The notes: generated by a model from the letters alone, not told the origin. A stretch of 64,000 bases of DNA from an uncultured delta proteobacterium (GCA_963812015.1 CAWETI010000002.1:832001-896000), one strand, 5' to 3'; positions 49,554-61,050 are shown, counted from the stretch's first letter. Made by a program: numbers and translations.

Positions 49554-49838
49554 ATGAAAGATTTTGATGAGGTTACCCGGGAAAAGGGCCTGCCCCGTGT
49601 GGGGCAGGAGGTGCGCAGCAAAAAATACGGCACGGTGTGGCGAGTCATGGAGAAAAAAGAGGTGTGGACCAATATCGAACCAGACCCCCAGACCGGCGAG
49701 ACCCGCATGCTCCCGGCTATTTATCTTTCATATTGGCAGGTCAAGGAAGGGGTGCGACCCGGCGTGGGGAAGATGATGGGCTTTGAATATACTCTCTATG
49801 ACAATACCTTTAGCGTCAATTGGGATATCGTGGAATGA
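49554..49838 (+). CDS. Small hypothetical protein
   Basis: TAAGGAGG RBS, TTGACA upstream (49491), natural composition. Confidence 0.75.
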   Translation: MKDFDEVTREKGLPRVGQEVRSKKYGTVWRVMEKKEVWTNIEPDPQTGETRMLPAIYLSYWQVKEGVRPGVGKMMGFEYTLYDNTFSVNWDIVE

Positions 49839-49965
49839 ATCGCCCTTTTCAACAATAGTCTCAGGTATTATAGTAGGGGCCAAGGCTTATGCTGGCGGCC
49901 CCTTTTTTATGGAAAAATCAGCTGGATGAGCATCACCGCCATACCCTGCGGGAGGAAGACCACCT

Positions 49966-50601
49966 ATGACTGGAATTATTCTGGTGCGCCACGGCCAAAC
50001 CCCCTGGAACCTGGACAAGATTTTTCGGGGCTCCAAGGACATTCCCTTGAACGACCAGGGCCGGGAAGAGGCCCGGCTGGCGGGGGAGTTTCTTAAGGGG
50101 GAGACCATTCATGCGGCCTACACCTCCCCGCTGTCCCGGGCCCGGGACACGGGGGAGGCCATCGCCCGGCATCACCATCTACCGGTCGCGGACCTGCCGG
50201 GGCTCACCGACCTGTGCTACGGCGATTGGGAGGGCCTGCCCCTGGCGGAGGTCAAGGTCGCGTACGCCGACCTCTACCGCCGGTGGGAAGCGGCGCCGGC
50301 CACCGTCCGGTTCCCCAACGGCGAAACTCTGGACGAGGTGAAGGCCCGGGCCCTGGAGGCGGTGGAGGAGGTGCTGCGGCGCCACCCCGGCCAAATTGTC
50401 CTGCTGGCGGCCCACCGGGCGGTGAACAAGGTGCTCATTGCGGCTTTTATCGGCCTGGACAACTCGCACTTCTGGCGCATCGGCCAGGATACCACCGCGG
50501 TTAATCACTTTAACCGGGTGGGGGAAACCTGGCATATCATGGGGGTCAACGACACCTGCCACCTCCGGGGCCTCAAACGGGGGGAGTACGTGGATTTTTA
50601 G
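49966..50601 (+). CDS. Histidine phosphatase (phosphoglycerate mutase family)
   Basis: LVRHGQT, SPLSRARDT, YGDWEG, PNGET, AAH. Confidence 0.92.
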   Translation: MTGIILVRHGQTPWNLDKIFRGSKDIPLNDQGREEARLAGEFLKGETIHAAYTSPLSRARDTGEAIARHHHLPVADLPGLTDLCYGDWEGLPLAEVKVAYADLYRRWEAAPATVRFPNGETLDEVKARALEAVEEVLRRHPGQIVLLAAHRAVNKVLIAAFIGLDNSHFWRIGQDTTAVNHFNRVGETWHIMGVNDTCHLRGLKRGEYVDF

Positions 50602-50670
50602 GGGGCTCGGGATTGGGGGCTTTCGGCCCATGGTGTTTACTACAATCCTCTGCCTGCAAAAGTTTTTGCG

Positions 50671-50695
50671 GGGGCGGTTTGCGAACCGCCCCTAC
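50671..50695 (-). repeat. GTAG-family REP
   Basis: ggggcggtttgcgaaccgcccctac; a half copy taggggcggtttgcga lies at 47541. Confidence 0.65.
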
Positions 50696-50866
50696 GGCTT
50701 TACGGCAATCCCAAAGGCTCATGAACGACGGTTAGGCAATTATAGCCTGCAGAAGCCGGGAATATTTTATAATCTGCTCTTGCAACCAGACAGAAGAGCC
50801 TTATTTAATGATGAAGATTTCATGCACCCCTCGTTATTAGGGCCATTCTAAAGAAAGGCAGGTATT

Positions 50867-51385
50867 ATGGAGAAATACAAAGAGCAGAAATGGAGCGGGC
50901 AGAAAGGCAAGAAGTTCGGCCACGCCGGGCGGCAGGAAGATTCCTATGAGCCCGAGGCAGGCCAGGAAGCCGCCCTCTGCACCCAATGCCGCGCTCTCTA
51001 CCAGGGCAAGCGCTGGTTTTTCGACCCGGAGCTCCGTGGACGCCTGGCCGGCACCGACAAGGTGCGGGAGGTGGTGTGCCCCACCTGCCGCAAGATCAAC
51101 GACCACTTTCCTGAGGGCATTCTCACCCTGGCCGGCGAGTTTTTTGGCCACCATAAAGAGGAGATCGTCAGGCTCATGGAAAAAGAGGCCACCCGGGTGG
51201 TGGGCCGCAGTGTCGCTGATCGGATCATTCGGATGGTCCCCGAAGGCGACAAGCTGGTGGTGGAGACCACCACGGAAAAAATGGCCCAGCACCTGGGCCG
51301 CACCGTTTACAAGGCGTATAAGGGCGACCTGCACTTCCGCTGGGGTGAGGTGGAGCGGTTCGTCCGGGTGAACTGGAGCCGGTAG
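50867..51385 (+). CDS. BCAM0308-family / NMD3-like zinc-binding protein
   Basis: CTQC..GKRW..CPTCRKINDHFPEG, VVETTTEKMAQHLG, RVNWSR. Confidence 0.75.
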   Translation: MEKYKEQKWSGQKGKKFGHAGRQEDSYEPEAGQEAALCTQCRALYQGKRWFFDPELRGRLAGTDKVREVVCPTCRKINDHFPEGILTLAGEFFGHHKEEIVRLMEKEATRVVGRSVADRIIRMVPEGDKLVVETTTEKMAQHLGRTVYKAYKGDLHFRWGEVERFVRVNWSR

Positions 51386-51459
51386 GGAAGCAATGGGCAG
51401 TGATCGGATGGCAAGGCCGGATGCGCTCTGAGCACCTGGGTGTTATTTTAATCAGCATC

Positions 51460-51484
51460 GTAGGGTGGGCATTGCCCACCCTAT
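51460..51484 (+). repeat. GTAG-family REP between convergent genes
   Basis: gtagggtgggcattgcccaccctat palindrome. Confidence 0.7.
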
Positions 51485-51589
51485 TTTTTCTTTGAAAATT
51501 ACGGAAGTTCGGCTTTTCTAATAAGCCGGGTTGGGTGGGGGGTGAGGGGGGAGGGCAGGGAAGAAGTTCCTGACCTTCCCCCCTCATAC

Positions 51590-53740
51590 TTACTCTCCAT
51601 TTCCCTTCCCCTCCTCTTCCTCCTCCACCAGCAGCAGGTTGACGTGGCGGCGCCGGATGTCCACGTGAGCCACCTTGACCCTTACTTCATCTCCCAGGGC
51701 GAAGATGCGCCGGGTGCGGCGGCCGTAGAGGCGCATGTGTGATTCCTCGTAGCGGTAGTAGTCGTTGGGCAGGTCCACCAGGCGCACCAGGCCCTCGGCG
51801 AAGATCTCCTCCAATGAGACGAAAAAGCCGAAGGCGTTGACCCCGGTGATGCGGCCGGAAAACACGTCGCCCACCCGGTGGGCCAGGCAGCGCACCTGCA
51901 TCCGAGACAGCATCTCCCGCTCAGCATTGACCGAGGCCCGCTCCCGGCGGGTGAGATGCCCGGCCTGGGCCTCCAGGTCTTCCGGGTCCAGGGAAAAGGG
52001 CGGTTTGCGACCCGCCAGTCGAGCCAGGAGCTGCCGGTGAATCAGCAGATCGGGATAGCGCCGGATGGGGGAGGTGAAGTGAGTGTACCAGTCGGTGGCC
52101 AGGCCGTAATGGCCCAGATTCTCCCCGGCGTAGCGGGCCTGCTTCAAAGAGCGCAGGAGCATCAACTGCACCATAGGGGCCAGGGGGGTCTGGCGCACCT
52201 CGTCCAGAAACTCCCGGAGGACCCGGGGGTCCCGGTGGACCTCCTTGGGGAGATCAAACCCCAGGGTCTTGAGGTAGGTGCGAAAGGCGGCCAGCTTGGC
52301 GGGGTCGGGGCGCTCATGCACCCGGAAGAGCGAGGGCTCCCCCAGGAAGGTGGACACCGCCTCGTTGGCGGCGATCATGAACTCCTCGATGAGCTGGTGG
52401 GACACCAGGTGATCCACCCGGCGGATGTCCACCGGCCAGCCCCGGTCGTCCAGCACCACCTCGGCTTCCGGGATGCTCATCAAGAGGCTGCCCCGTTCCC
52501 CCCGGCGCTCCCGGAGGCGGTCGCAGAGATCCGTCATCTGGGTGAGCATCTTCACGACCGGCCGGTAGCGGCCCCGGAGCTGCCGATCTTTGGCGACCAG
52601 CAGGTCGTCCACCAGGCGGTAGGTGAGGCGGGCATGGTTGCGCACCACGCTCCGGGCGAAGGTGAAGTCTTTTAAGCGGCCCCGGCGGTCGAAGTTGAGT
52701 ATGGCGGTCACCGCCAGGCGGTCTTCCCCGGGGATGAGGCTGCAGACGTTGGTGGCCAGCTTTTCGGGCAGCATGTGCACCGCCCGCTGGGGGAAGTAAA
52801 CGCTGGTGCCCCTGAGATCGGCCTCTTTATCCAAAGGCGAGCCCGGAGTGACGTAGTAGCTCACGTCGGCGATGGACACGTAAAGGGTGAAGATCCCCCC
52901 GGGCTTTTTCTCCAAATAGACGCCGTCGTCGAAATCCCGGGCGGTTTCGCCGTCGATGGTTACCATGGGCAGATGCCGCAGGTCCATCCGGCCTTTGAGG
53001 GCCTTCTCCGACAGGTCCGGGGTGATGTTAGCCGCGGCCGCCAGGACCTCCGGCGGGAACTCGTCGGGCAGTTCGTACTTCAAGATCACCAGCCGGGCCT
53101 GGACTTCGGCGTCTTCCACGTCGCCCAGGACCTCGGTGACCACCCCCTGGGGATTGAGGTGGCCCGTGGGGTAGTGGGTCACCGCGGCCCGGACTATCTG
53201 GCCCGGGGTGGCGCCGTTCAGGTGCTCCGGGGCGATGACCAGGTTGAAGAGGAGGTGCTCGTCTTCGGGCGCCACAAAATAGGTGTCGCCGGCCTGGGAC
53301 AGGGTGCCCAGCACTTCCGTGAGCCGCCGGGAAAGAATCCGGATCACCCGGCCTTCCTGGCGTCGGCCCCGGCTGCCCTCGATCCGCACCACCACCTGGT
53401 CGCCGTGCCAGGCTTCTTTCAGGTTGGTGGCCACCAGATAGATGTCTCTACCGCCGGCCTCAGGGGTGACAAAGCCGAAGCCGTCGGGATGGACGGAGAG
53501 CTCTCCCGCCACCAGGTTCATCTTTTCGGCCAGGCCAACGCGGCCCCCTTTGAGGGAGACCAGCTGCCCCCGGGCCACCAACTGGTCCACCACCGCGGTT
53601 ACGGCCTCGGCCTGGGCCGGGTCGGCGTTAAGCAAGCGGAGCAGCTCCTCCATCAACAGCGGCCGGGCGGCCTCCTGAAAGGCTTTCAGGATGTGGTCTT
53701 CCTTGGCCCCCGGCCCCTTTTTGCGTCGTCTTCTCGTCAT
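51590..53740 (-). CDS. rnr: Ribonuclease R
   Basis: HPDGFGF, TIDGETARDFDD, SIADVS, RGTSVYFP, LIEEFMIAAN, HYGLA..YTHFTSPIRRYPDL, C-terminal S1 domain. Confidence 0.95.
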   Translation of the reverse strand: MTRRRRKKGPGAKEDHILKAFQEAARPLLMEELLRLLNADPAQAEAVTAVVDQLVARGQLVSLKGGRVGLAEKMNLVAGELSVHPDGFGFVTPEAGGRDIYLVATNLKEAWHGDQVVVRIEGSRGRRQEGRVIRILSRRLTEVLGTLSQAGDTYFVAPEDEHLLFNLVIAPEHLNGATPGQIVRAAVTHYPTGHLNPQGVVTEVLGDVEDAEVQARLVILKYELPDEFPPEVLAAAANITPDLSEKALKGRMDLRHLPMVTIDGETARDFDDGVYLEKKPGGIFTLYVSIADVSYYVTPGSPLDKEADLRGTSVYFPQRAVHMLPEKLATNVCSLIPGEDRLAVTAILNFDRRGRLKDFTFARSVVRNHARLTYRLVDDLLVAKDRQLRGRYRPVVKMLTQMTDLCDRLRERRGERGSLLMSIPEAEVVLDDRGWPVDIRRVDHLVSHQLIEEFMIAANEAVSTFLGEPSLFRVHERPDPAKLAAFRTYLKTLGFDLPKEVHRDPRVLREFLDEVRQTPLAPMVQLMLLRSLKQARYAGENLGHYGLATDWYTHFTSPIRRYPDLLIHRQLLARLAGRKPPFSLDPEDLEAQAGHLTRRERASVNAEREMLSRMQVRCLAHRVGDVFSGRITGVNAFGFFVSLEEIFAEGLVRLVDLPNDYYRYEESHMRLYGRRTRRIFALGDEVRVKVAHVDIRRRHVNLLLVEEEEEGKGNGE

Positions 53741-54192
53741 CTTTGCCTCGCAACTTGGGCCTCAAAGGAGTTGAGGTGGTGCCGCCTTTGCCGCCGCGTT
53801 AGTTTAAATATAGATATTATCAGACAATCTTCCTAATATCAATAGGTTAAACAATAAAGACCTAAAACCGCCACCTTGGGCTTGCATGCCGATCAAGATA
53901 ATAACTGGGGCCGCCTTTGTCACCAAGGCCCGGGGAATGATGTGCTTCAGGCCGGTTCAGCGGCTCACCAGCAACTTTATCCAGGGTTCAGGGATAGCGC
54001 ACGAGCCAGGCCAGGGTAACCAGCAGCCGGCTTATTTCGTTGGCGAATTCGCTCATGGCCGCGCCGCGCCGATGGGCGTCCCCACCGGCCCGGAAGCGAT
54101 GGCGCCGGATTTAGGTTTGTGCTTCGGTGAACAATCTTATATAATTTTTTGGGTATATAAGCCAAATTTCGTGGAACAGGTGGAATCTGGGA

Positions 54193-55494
54193 GTGGCTAA
54201 TTTGCAGGTGGAATTACTCACTGAGCTCGCGCCGGCACGGCGGCGGGCGATCCTGTCTCGTTCCCAGGCAGACGTGAGCCAGGTCCTGGAAGTGGTGGCG
54301 CCCATTCTCGCCGCCCTGCGCCGGGACGGCGACGCCGAATCCCTACGGCAGCATGGGCAATTTAAAGCCGGGATCACCGCGGCGGACCTGGAAACCACCC
54401 CCGAAGAGATTGAGGCCGCCTACCGGGTCCTGGACCCCCAGGTCCTCACCGCACTCAAGACCGCGGCGGCCAATATTGAAAAATTTCATCGGGCCCAGTT
54501 GGACCGGGAGATGTGGGCCATGGAAGTGCAGCCCGGCATTTTGGCCGGGAGGCTGACTCGGCCCCTGGTGCGGGTGGGCTGCTATATTCCCGGCGGGCTG
54601 GCCTCATACCCTTCCAGCGCCTTGATGAACATCATCCCGGCCAAAGTGGCGGGGGTGGCCGAGATCGTGGCCGCCACGCCTCCGGGGCCCGAGATGGCGG
54701 TGAATCCCGCCACCTTGGTGGCGGCGCACCTGGCCGGGGCCCAGCGTCTGTTTAAGATCGGCGGCCCCTGGGCCGTCGGCTCCCTGGCCTACGGCACCGA
54801 ATTGGTGCCCCGGGTGGACAAGATCGTGGGGCCGGGCAACAAGTATGTCACCGCGGCCAAGCTCCTGGTGTTCGGCCAGGTGGACATCGACTCCCCCGCC
54901 GGCCCCAGCGAGGCCCTGATCCTGGCGGATGACACCGCCACCGCCCGGTTCGTGGCGGTGGACTTCCTCTCCCAGGTGGAACACGACCCCGAGGCCGCCG
55001 CGGTGTTGGTGACCCCGGACCCGGAGTTGGCCCGCCAGGTAGTCGAGATCATCGCCAGGGAGCTGCCTCACCTGCCCCGGCGGGAGATCATCGAGGCGGC
55101 CCTGGCCAAATACTCCGCGGTGCTCATCGCCTCGTCTTTGGATGAGGCCCTGGAGTTTGCCAACCTTTATGCCCCGGAGCATTTGCAAGTGGTCACCCGG
55201 GACCCCTTTGCCCTGTTGCCCCGCATCCGCCATGCCGGCTCCATCTTCCTGGGGCCGTATGCCCCGGTGCCGGTGGGCGACTACGCCTCGGGGACCAACC
55301 ACGTCCTCCCCACGGGAGGCTGCGCCCGGATGTTCTCGGGGCTCTCCGTGGATGATTTCATCAAGAAACCCACCTTCCAGCACTTCACCCGGGAGGCCCT
55401 CAGATCCCTGAAAGATACGGTCATCACCCTGGCCGAGCACGAGGGCCTGCTCCTCCACGCCCGGGCCGTGGCCGAAAGGTTTAGGGATGTCTGA
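54193..55494 (+). CDS. hisD: Histidinol dehydrogenase
   Basis: [59 protein letters not shown]. Confidence 0.95.
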   Translation: MANLQVELLTELAPARRRAILSRSQADVSQVLEVVAPILAALRRDGDAESLRQHGQFKAGITAADLETTPEEIEAAYRVLDPQVLTALKTAAANIEKFHRAQLDREMWAMEVQPGILAGRLTRPLVRVGCYIPGGLASYPSSALMNIIPAKVAGVAEIVAATPPGPEMAVNPATLVAAHLAGAQRLFKIGGPWAVGSLAYGTELVPRVDKIVGPGNKYVTAAKLLVFGQVDIDSPAGPSEALILADDTATARFVAVDFLSQVEHDPEAAAVLVTPDPELARQVVEIIARELPHLPRREIIEAALAKYSAVLIASSLDEALEFANLYAPEHLQVVTRDPFALLPRIRHAGSIFLGPYAPVPVGDYASGTNHVLPTGGCARMFSGLSVDDFIKKPTFQHFTREALRSLKDTVITLAEHEGLLLHARAVAERFRDV

Positions 55495-56685
55495 AGAGCG
55501 CGGGGAACATGGAAAAAGGCAGGAAGGCTGCCCATCCCCGTTCCCCCCGGCACCCCAGCTTCTTGCCGAACCGATAGTTGCGGAACCACAGACCGCCGGG
55601 TCTCACAAAGCCAGCGTCCAGCGGCTGGCCTGTATCGACGGCATGAGGGGCATGGCTATCCTCCTGGTTTTGTTCACCCACTTCATCCCTGGGGGCCTGC
55701 ATGAAAATTCCATCCATTCCATGCCTACCCGCCTCCTGGAACGGTTTTACGATTCCGGTGTGGAACTTTTCTGTCTGATCAGCGGCCTGGTATTGCTTCG
55801 GCCGTTTCTCCGGCGACTCAAGCCATTCAATCTGAAAAACTATGCGGCGCGCCGGGTAAAACGGCTGTGGCCGCCCTGCTTCTGGCCGCCCCCATGGTCT
55901 GGCTCACCACCACCTACCCCACCTATTTCAGTGCCTCGATGCCCTATACGGCATTCCGTTGGTCCGACTGGCTCTCTCAAATCTTTATGATCAACTGGGG
56001 TACCCCCATTTATAACCCAACCTGGTGGTTTCTTTCCATTGAGTTGGTCTTTTACGCCCTGGGTCCTCTGTTCGCCGTTCTGGCATATCGAAACGAGGTG
56101 AGCCAGGGCGCCATGTGGGTAATTTTGGCGCTCTCCTTTCTGATGGGCGAGTTGGCCTATCGCTTGTTACAAAACAATTTTCAGGGGCATCATTTAGCGT
56201 ACCAGGTAGTCTTGTTTGGCAGCTATATACCCTGCTATGTGGCCGGCATGGCGGTCGCCAAACTCGACCTGAATCGGGTGACGGGGTTGGCTCTGATGGC
56301 CACCGGACTGGGGATCATCGTCTTATGGAGCATCATACCGGTCTTTAACAGCCACCTGGGGCTTGCCTTGTTTTTCATGGGGCTGACTGCCCTGGCCCTG
56401 ATAGCCGGCACCCGGACGAATCGTTTCTTGGAGCGCTACCTGATGATCTGGGTGGGAGAGCGGTCCTATTCCCTTTTCCTACTGCACCACGGCGTCATGA
56501 TATTCATCGCCTATCTGGTATCCCTGGTTGCTCTGCAGAACAGCCTGGGCTATTATATGGGTTCCAGGGGTATCGGTTTCCCTCTGGGAATGTTGGCGTC
56601 GATGCTGTTATTTAGCCTGGTAGAGCGCCGTTTTGCCCGGGGCCTAGTCACCGGCAACGATTTTTTCCCCTGGTCTAAGCAATAG
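55487..56685 (+). pseudogene. Acyltransferase family 3 (OafA-like) membrane protein, frameshifted near 55870-55890
   Basis: IDGMRGMAILLVLFTH, GVELFCLISG, RRVKRLWPP, then in another frame PTWWFLSIELVFY and GERSYSLFLLH; tggccgccc occurs twice at the break. Confidence 0.8.
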
Positions 56686-56710
56686 AGGCTCAGGTGAGCA
56701 ATTCTAAAAT

Positions 56711-57550
56711 ATGGGCAAGGATCGGGTCATGATTCCAAGAGAGATTTCGACCGTTTCGTTACCGGTCGCGGAAATTGCCGACGTTCAGAACCACGTCAGT
56801 CCCCACACCATCGACATCGACAAGGTGGGAGTCAAGAACATCTCCTATCCCATCGTGGTGCTGGACAAGTTCAAAGGCACCCAGCACACCGTGGCCCGGA
56901 TCAACATGTACGTCAACCTGCCCCACCGCCACAAGGGCACCCACATGAGCCGCTTCATCGAGATCCTGAGCGAACACCGCCGGGATGTCAGCCTCAAGAA
57001 GATCGGGCCCATCCTGGAGGAGACCCGGCGCCGCCTCCACGCCCAGTCGGCCCATATCGAGGTGACCTTTCCCTATTTCATCGACAAAGAGGCGCCCGTC
57101 ACCAAGGCCCGGGGTTTGATGGAGTATATCTGCAACTTTAAGGGGGCCCTGGATGAGCAAGGGGTCCTGGACCTGGTGGTGGGGATCACCGTGCCCATCA
57201 CCACCCTGTGTCCCTGCTCCAAGGAAATCAGCCTGGTAGGGGCCCACAACCAGCGGGGCGAAGTGCGGGTCCAGGTGCGTTACAAGAAGTTCTTCTGGAT
57301 CGAAGACCTGATCCGCCTGGTGGAGGAGTCGGCGTCCTGCGAGGTCTATGCCTTGCTGAAACGCCAGGATGAGAAGTTCGTCACCGAGAAGGCCTACAGC
57401 AATCCCATGTTCGTCGAGGACGTGGTCCGGGAGATCGCCCACCGTCTGAGCCAGGATAATAACTTCAGCTGGTACGCGGTGGAGTCGGAAAACTTCGAGT
57501 CCATCCACAACCATTCGGCTTACGCCTACATCGAGTCCAAAAAACCGTGA
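56711..57550 (+). CDS. folE2: GTP cyclohydrolase IB
   Basis: DVQ..IDKVGV, KGTHMSRF, TTLCPCSK, GAHNQR, LLKRQDEK, NPMFVED, ESIHNHSA. Confidence 0.95.
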   Translation: MGKDRVMIPREISTVSLPVAEIADVQNHVSPHTIDIDKVGVKNISYPIVVLDKFKGTQHTVARINMYVNLPHRHKGTHMSRFIEILSEHRRDVSLKKIGPILEETRRRLHAQSAHIEVTFPYFIDKEAPVTKARGLMEYICNFKGALDEQGVLDLVVGITVPITTLCPCSKEISLVGAHNQRGEVRVQVRYKKFFWIEDLIRLVEESASCEVYALLKRQDEKFVTEKAYSNPMFVEDVVREIAHRLSQDNNFSWYAVESENFESIHNHSAYAYIESKKP

Positions 57551-57630
57551 GGCCGGCTCCGGTCTGGAGCAATCGCTTCCAGACCGCGCCCCGGCGGCGG
57601 CTTGCGGACCGGGGCTAGCCTACCGTTCCC

Positions 57631-58404
57631 TCAGCCCTCGGATTTTTTGGACTTTCTCGCCTTTTTGTCGGTTTTGCCCGCCGGCCCCTTTTTGGCTCCC
57701 ACCAGTTTTTCCTGGTCGGGGTGCGGCCCCAGCCACTCGACCTGCCCGGAATCGATGTCATAGAGGGCGCCCACCACGTTAGCCTGGCCGTCCCTGACCT
57801 TCTCCCGGATGAGGGGGCTCTGTCTCAACATATCTTCGATGGACTGCCAGACATTGCCGGTAATTGCAGCCTTGAGGATCACGTCCTTGGCGGCTCCGGC
57901 GTTGGCTTGCCGGGCTTTTTCCACTGCGGGTTGAATGGGTTCCACCAGGCTGGCGATGTTGGGGGGCAGCTTGGTGTCGTCCACGAGCGCGGTGACCGCG
58001 CCGCACTGGCTGTGCCCCAGGACCACCACCAGCGGCGTGGCCAGATGGTCCACGGCGTATTCGATGGAGCCGATTTCATCGGTGGCGGAGACGTTGCCGG
58101 CCACCCGGACCACAAAGAGATCGCCGATGCCCTGGTCGAAGATGATTTCCGGCGGCACCCGGGAGTCGGAGCAGGACAGGACCGTGGCCAGGGGATGCTG
58201 GCCCTGCGCGGCAGTCAGGGCCCGGCGCGCCCGGTCCTGACGGGGGTGTTGGAGTTTACCCTCGACGTAACGGGCATTGCCTTCCTTGAGGAGCCTCAGG
58301 GCTTCATCGGCGGATATCCCTGACGGCGCGCTGGTCGCCCCGGCGGGAACCACCAGAGCCGCGACCACTACCAGCATAAGCAACAACAAGTTGATTTTTT
58401 TCAT
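57631..58404 (-). CDS. Exported beta-class carbonic anhydrase
   Basis: Signal peptide, LKEGNARY, SCSDSRV, RVAGN, GHSQCGA. Confidence 0.92.
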   Translation of the reverse strand: MKKINLLLLMLVVVAALVVPAGATSAPSGISADEALRLLKEGNARYVEGKLQHPRQDRARRALTAAQGQHPLATVLSCSDSRVPPEIIFDQGIGDLFVVRVAGNVSATDEIGSIEYAVDHLATPLVVVLGHSQCGAVTALVDDTKLPPNIASLVEPIQPAVEKARQANAGAAKDVILKAAITGNVWQSIEDMLRQSPLIREKVRDGQANVVGALYDIDSGQVEWLGPHPDQEKLVGAKKGPAGKTDKKARKSKKSEG

Positions 58405-58547
58405 AAAAAGCTCCTCCAGGTTGATGCAGGCTTTCTCTCCGGAGCGCTAGGCTCAAACGCCGAGACAACTTGAGATTTCTGAAAAAGCCTGTTAAAGGGA
58501 AGGCCGGAATCGACCCACTGCGCCGCTAACCTTCCTGGCGGGGCCCG

Positions 58548-60995
58548 TTACTTGCCGCAGGACGGGCCCGAAGCCGCCGGCGCCGGGCTCTTGACGGGTC
58601 CTTCTTCCCCCCGCATGAGCACCCTGGCCAGTTCCATCATCTGCTTCAGTTTCTGGTCCACCTTGTAGTTTACTGTATCCGGTTCAAAAGTCCCGTCCGG
58701 GAGGCGTTTGCCGGCCGGCAGGCCGGTGAGCAGTTCCAGGGCTTCATCGGCGTGGCCCACGGCCCAGACGTGAAATTTGCCGGCTTTGACCGCGTCCACC
58801 ACTTCCTTCTTCAGCATCAATTCCGGGGCATTGGCCTTGGGGATGATGACGCCCTGCGTGCCGTCCAGGCCCCGGGCTTTGCAGACTTTATAAAAACCCT
58901 CGATTTTCCAGTTGACCCCGCCGATGGGTTGGGCCTCGCCCCGCTGGCTTACCGAACCGGTCATGGCGAGGTTCTGGGCCAGGGGGACCTCGGCCAGGGC
59001 GGACAGCAGGGTGCAGAGTTCCGCCAGGGAGGCGCTGTCGCCTTCCACCATGCCGTAGCTCTGCTCGAAGCAGAGGCTGGCCGACAGGGTCAGGGGTTTG
59101 TCCTGGGCAAAGCGGCTTTTCAAGTACCCGGCCAGGATGAGGACTCCCTTGTTGTGGATGTTGCCGGAGAGCTGGGACTCCCGGTCGATGGTCAGCACCC
59201 CGTCCTTACCCAGGCCGACAGTGGCGGTGATGCGGGAGGGCCGGCCGAAGGCATGGTCCCCCAGGGCGTACACCGACAGGCCATTTATCTGGCCCACCAC
59301 CTGGCCCTCGGTCTCGATGAAGAGCATCCCTTCATCGATGAACTCCTGGAGCTTTTCTTCCGGCAGGTCGGCCCGATAGGTTTTTTCGTCGATGGCCTTG
59401 TCCACGTCGGAGCCGAAGATCACTTCATGGGTGTTGGTCCGGGCCCAGTAATTGGCTTCTGTGAGGACATCCTGGACCTCTTTGAGTTGCAGGGTAAGCT
59501 TTTGCTGGTGCCCGGCCTGTTCCTGAGCATACTCCACCAGGCGGGCCATACCGGTCTTGTGGAGGGGCATGAGTTGCTTCTCCCGACAATAGCCCGCCAG
59601 GAGTTCGCAGAACTGCCGGAGGTGGTCGTCGGTCTTCCGCATCCGCCAGTCAAAATGCGCCTTGATTTTGAAGAACTTGTGGAAATCTTCGTCGTAGATA
59701 TAAAGCAGCTGGTAGATATAAGGGTCGCCCACCAGGATGATCTTGATGTTCAAGGGGATGGGCTGGGGCTGGAGGCTGCGGGTGGTGATCAGCCCGAACA
59801 TCTCCATGGGGTCCTCGATCTTGATCTCCCCGTTTTTCAGGCAGCGCTTCAGGGCTTCATACGAGAAGAACCAACGCAGCAGGTCCAGGGCCTCCAGGAC
59901 CAGATAGCCGCCGTTGGCCCGCTGCAAAGCTCCGGACCGGATCAGGGTGAAGTCGGTTACCAGGGCGCCGAACTGGGCCCGGCGTTCCACCGCGCCGAAC
60001 AGGTTGGGATAGGTGGGGTTGTTTTCCATGACCACCGGGGCGCCTCCGGTCTCGGAGTGATCCACGAAGACGTTCACCTGGTATTGCGTGAAAGACGGCT
60101 CCGGCATGGGGAACGGAAAGGGGCCCTGGGCGGCGGGCCGGCGCTTCAGGTCGTCGATATTTTTTAGGACGTCTTCCTGGACGTCTTTGAGGTAGTCCAA
60201 CACCGGGGGCAGGTCCTGGTATTTCTCCCGCAACTCCTCAATATGATGGCCCACCACGTAAAGGGCCACGTCCTGGTCGAGCTTTTTCTCCTGTTCCTGG
60301 AACTCCTTTTCCATCTTGCGGATCTTGCGGATAGCCTCGTTCATTTCGGTATGAAGCTGGGCCGACTTCTGGCGGAGGGCCTCCCGCTCTTCGTCGTTGA
60401 GGCCCTTGAGCTCATCTTCACTCAAAGGCTTGCCTTCCTTACCGGGGAAGATCATCAGCCCGGTGGAGGAAATGTTGAGGATAAAGCCTTCTTCCCCCGC
60501 CTTGGCGTCCAGTTCCTGGAGGATCTTGTTGCGTTCCTGGGTGAAGCCGTGCATCAGGCCTTCCCGACGGCCGGAGTAGTCTTCGCTTTCGAACACCTCG
60601 GGGACTTGTAACCGCAGACTGGAGATGAGTTCTTCCATATCGGCCTTCAGGACCCTGCCTTTGCCGGTGGGCAGGCTCAGGCACTGGGGCTTCTCCGGGT
60701 CCTTGAAATTGTGGACGTAGATATAGTCCGGCGGCGTGGGTTCTTTGGCGGCCAGCTCCTGGACGTAGGCCATGATGGTTTCGGTCTTCCCGGCCCGGGG
60801 CGGCCCGGCCACGAAGATGTTGTATTCCAGGTCCTTCACCCCCAGACCGAACTCCAGGGCGTGAACCGCCCGCTCCTGGGCCACCACCTTTTCCTTCAGG
60901 GGGCTGACGTCCAGGGTGGTTTCGAATCCCAAAGCGTCGGGGTCACAGACGGCGCGCAGGCTCTTGGGCTTCAGTTCCCAGCGGTTTGGCGACAT
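58548..60995 (-). CDS. Lon-like protease (LonC/AAA_32 + Lon_C)
   Basis: Walker A GPPRAGKT, NPTYPNLFG, ANGGYL, GQINGL, catalytic GDSAS and IGGVNWKIEG. Confidence 0.92.
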   Translation of the reverse strand: MSPNRWELKPKSLRAVCDPDALGFETTLDVSPLKEKVVAQERAVHALEFGLGVKDLEYNIFVAGPPRAGKTETIMAYVQELAAKEPTPPDYIYVHNFKDPEKPQCLSLPTGKGRVLKADMEELISSLRLQVPEVFESEDYSGRREGLMHGFTQERNKILQELDAKAGEEGFILNISSTGLMIFPGKEGKPLSEDELKGLNDEEREALRQKSAQLHTEMNEAIRKIRKMEKEFQEQEKKLDQDVALYVVGHHIEELREKYQDLPPVLDYLKDVQEDVLKNIDDLKRRPAAQGPFPFPMPEPSFTQYQVNVFVDHSETGGAPVVMENNPTYPNLFGAVERRAQFGALVTDFTLIRSGALQRANGGYLVLEALDLLRWFFSYEALKRCLKNGEIKIEDPMEMFGLITTRSLQPQPIPLNIKIILVGDPYIYQLLYIYDEDFHKFFKIKAHFDWRMRKTDDHLRQFCELLAGYCREKQLMPLHKTGMARLVEYAQEQAGHQQKLTLQLKEVQDVLTEANYWARTNTHEVIFGSDVDKAIDEKTYRADLPEEKLQEFIDEGMLFIETEGQVVGQINGLSVYALGDHAFGRPSRITATVGLGKDGVLTIDRESQLSGNIHNKGVLILAGYLKSRFAQDKPLTLSASLCFEQSYGMVEGDSASLAELCTLLSALAEVPLAQNLAMTGSVSQRGEAQPIGGVNWKIEGFYKVCKARGLDGTQGVIIPKANAPELMLKKEVVDAVKAGKFHVWAVGHADEALELLTGLPAGKRLPDGTFEPDTVNYKVDQKLKQMMELARVLMRGEEGPVKSPAPAASGPSCGK

Positions 60996-61050
60996 GCATC
61001 CTCCTCATCAAGATCATCAGGCGAACCGCCAGGAGTATCAAGCGGCCGCA

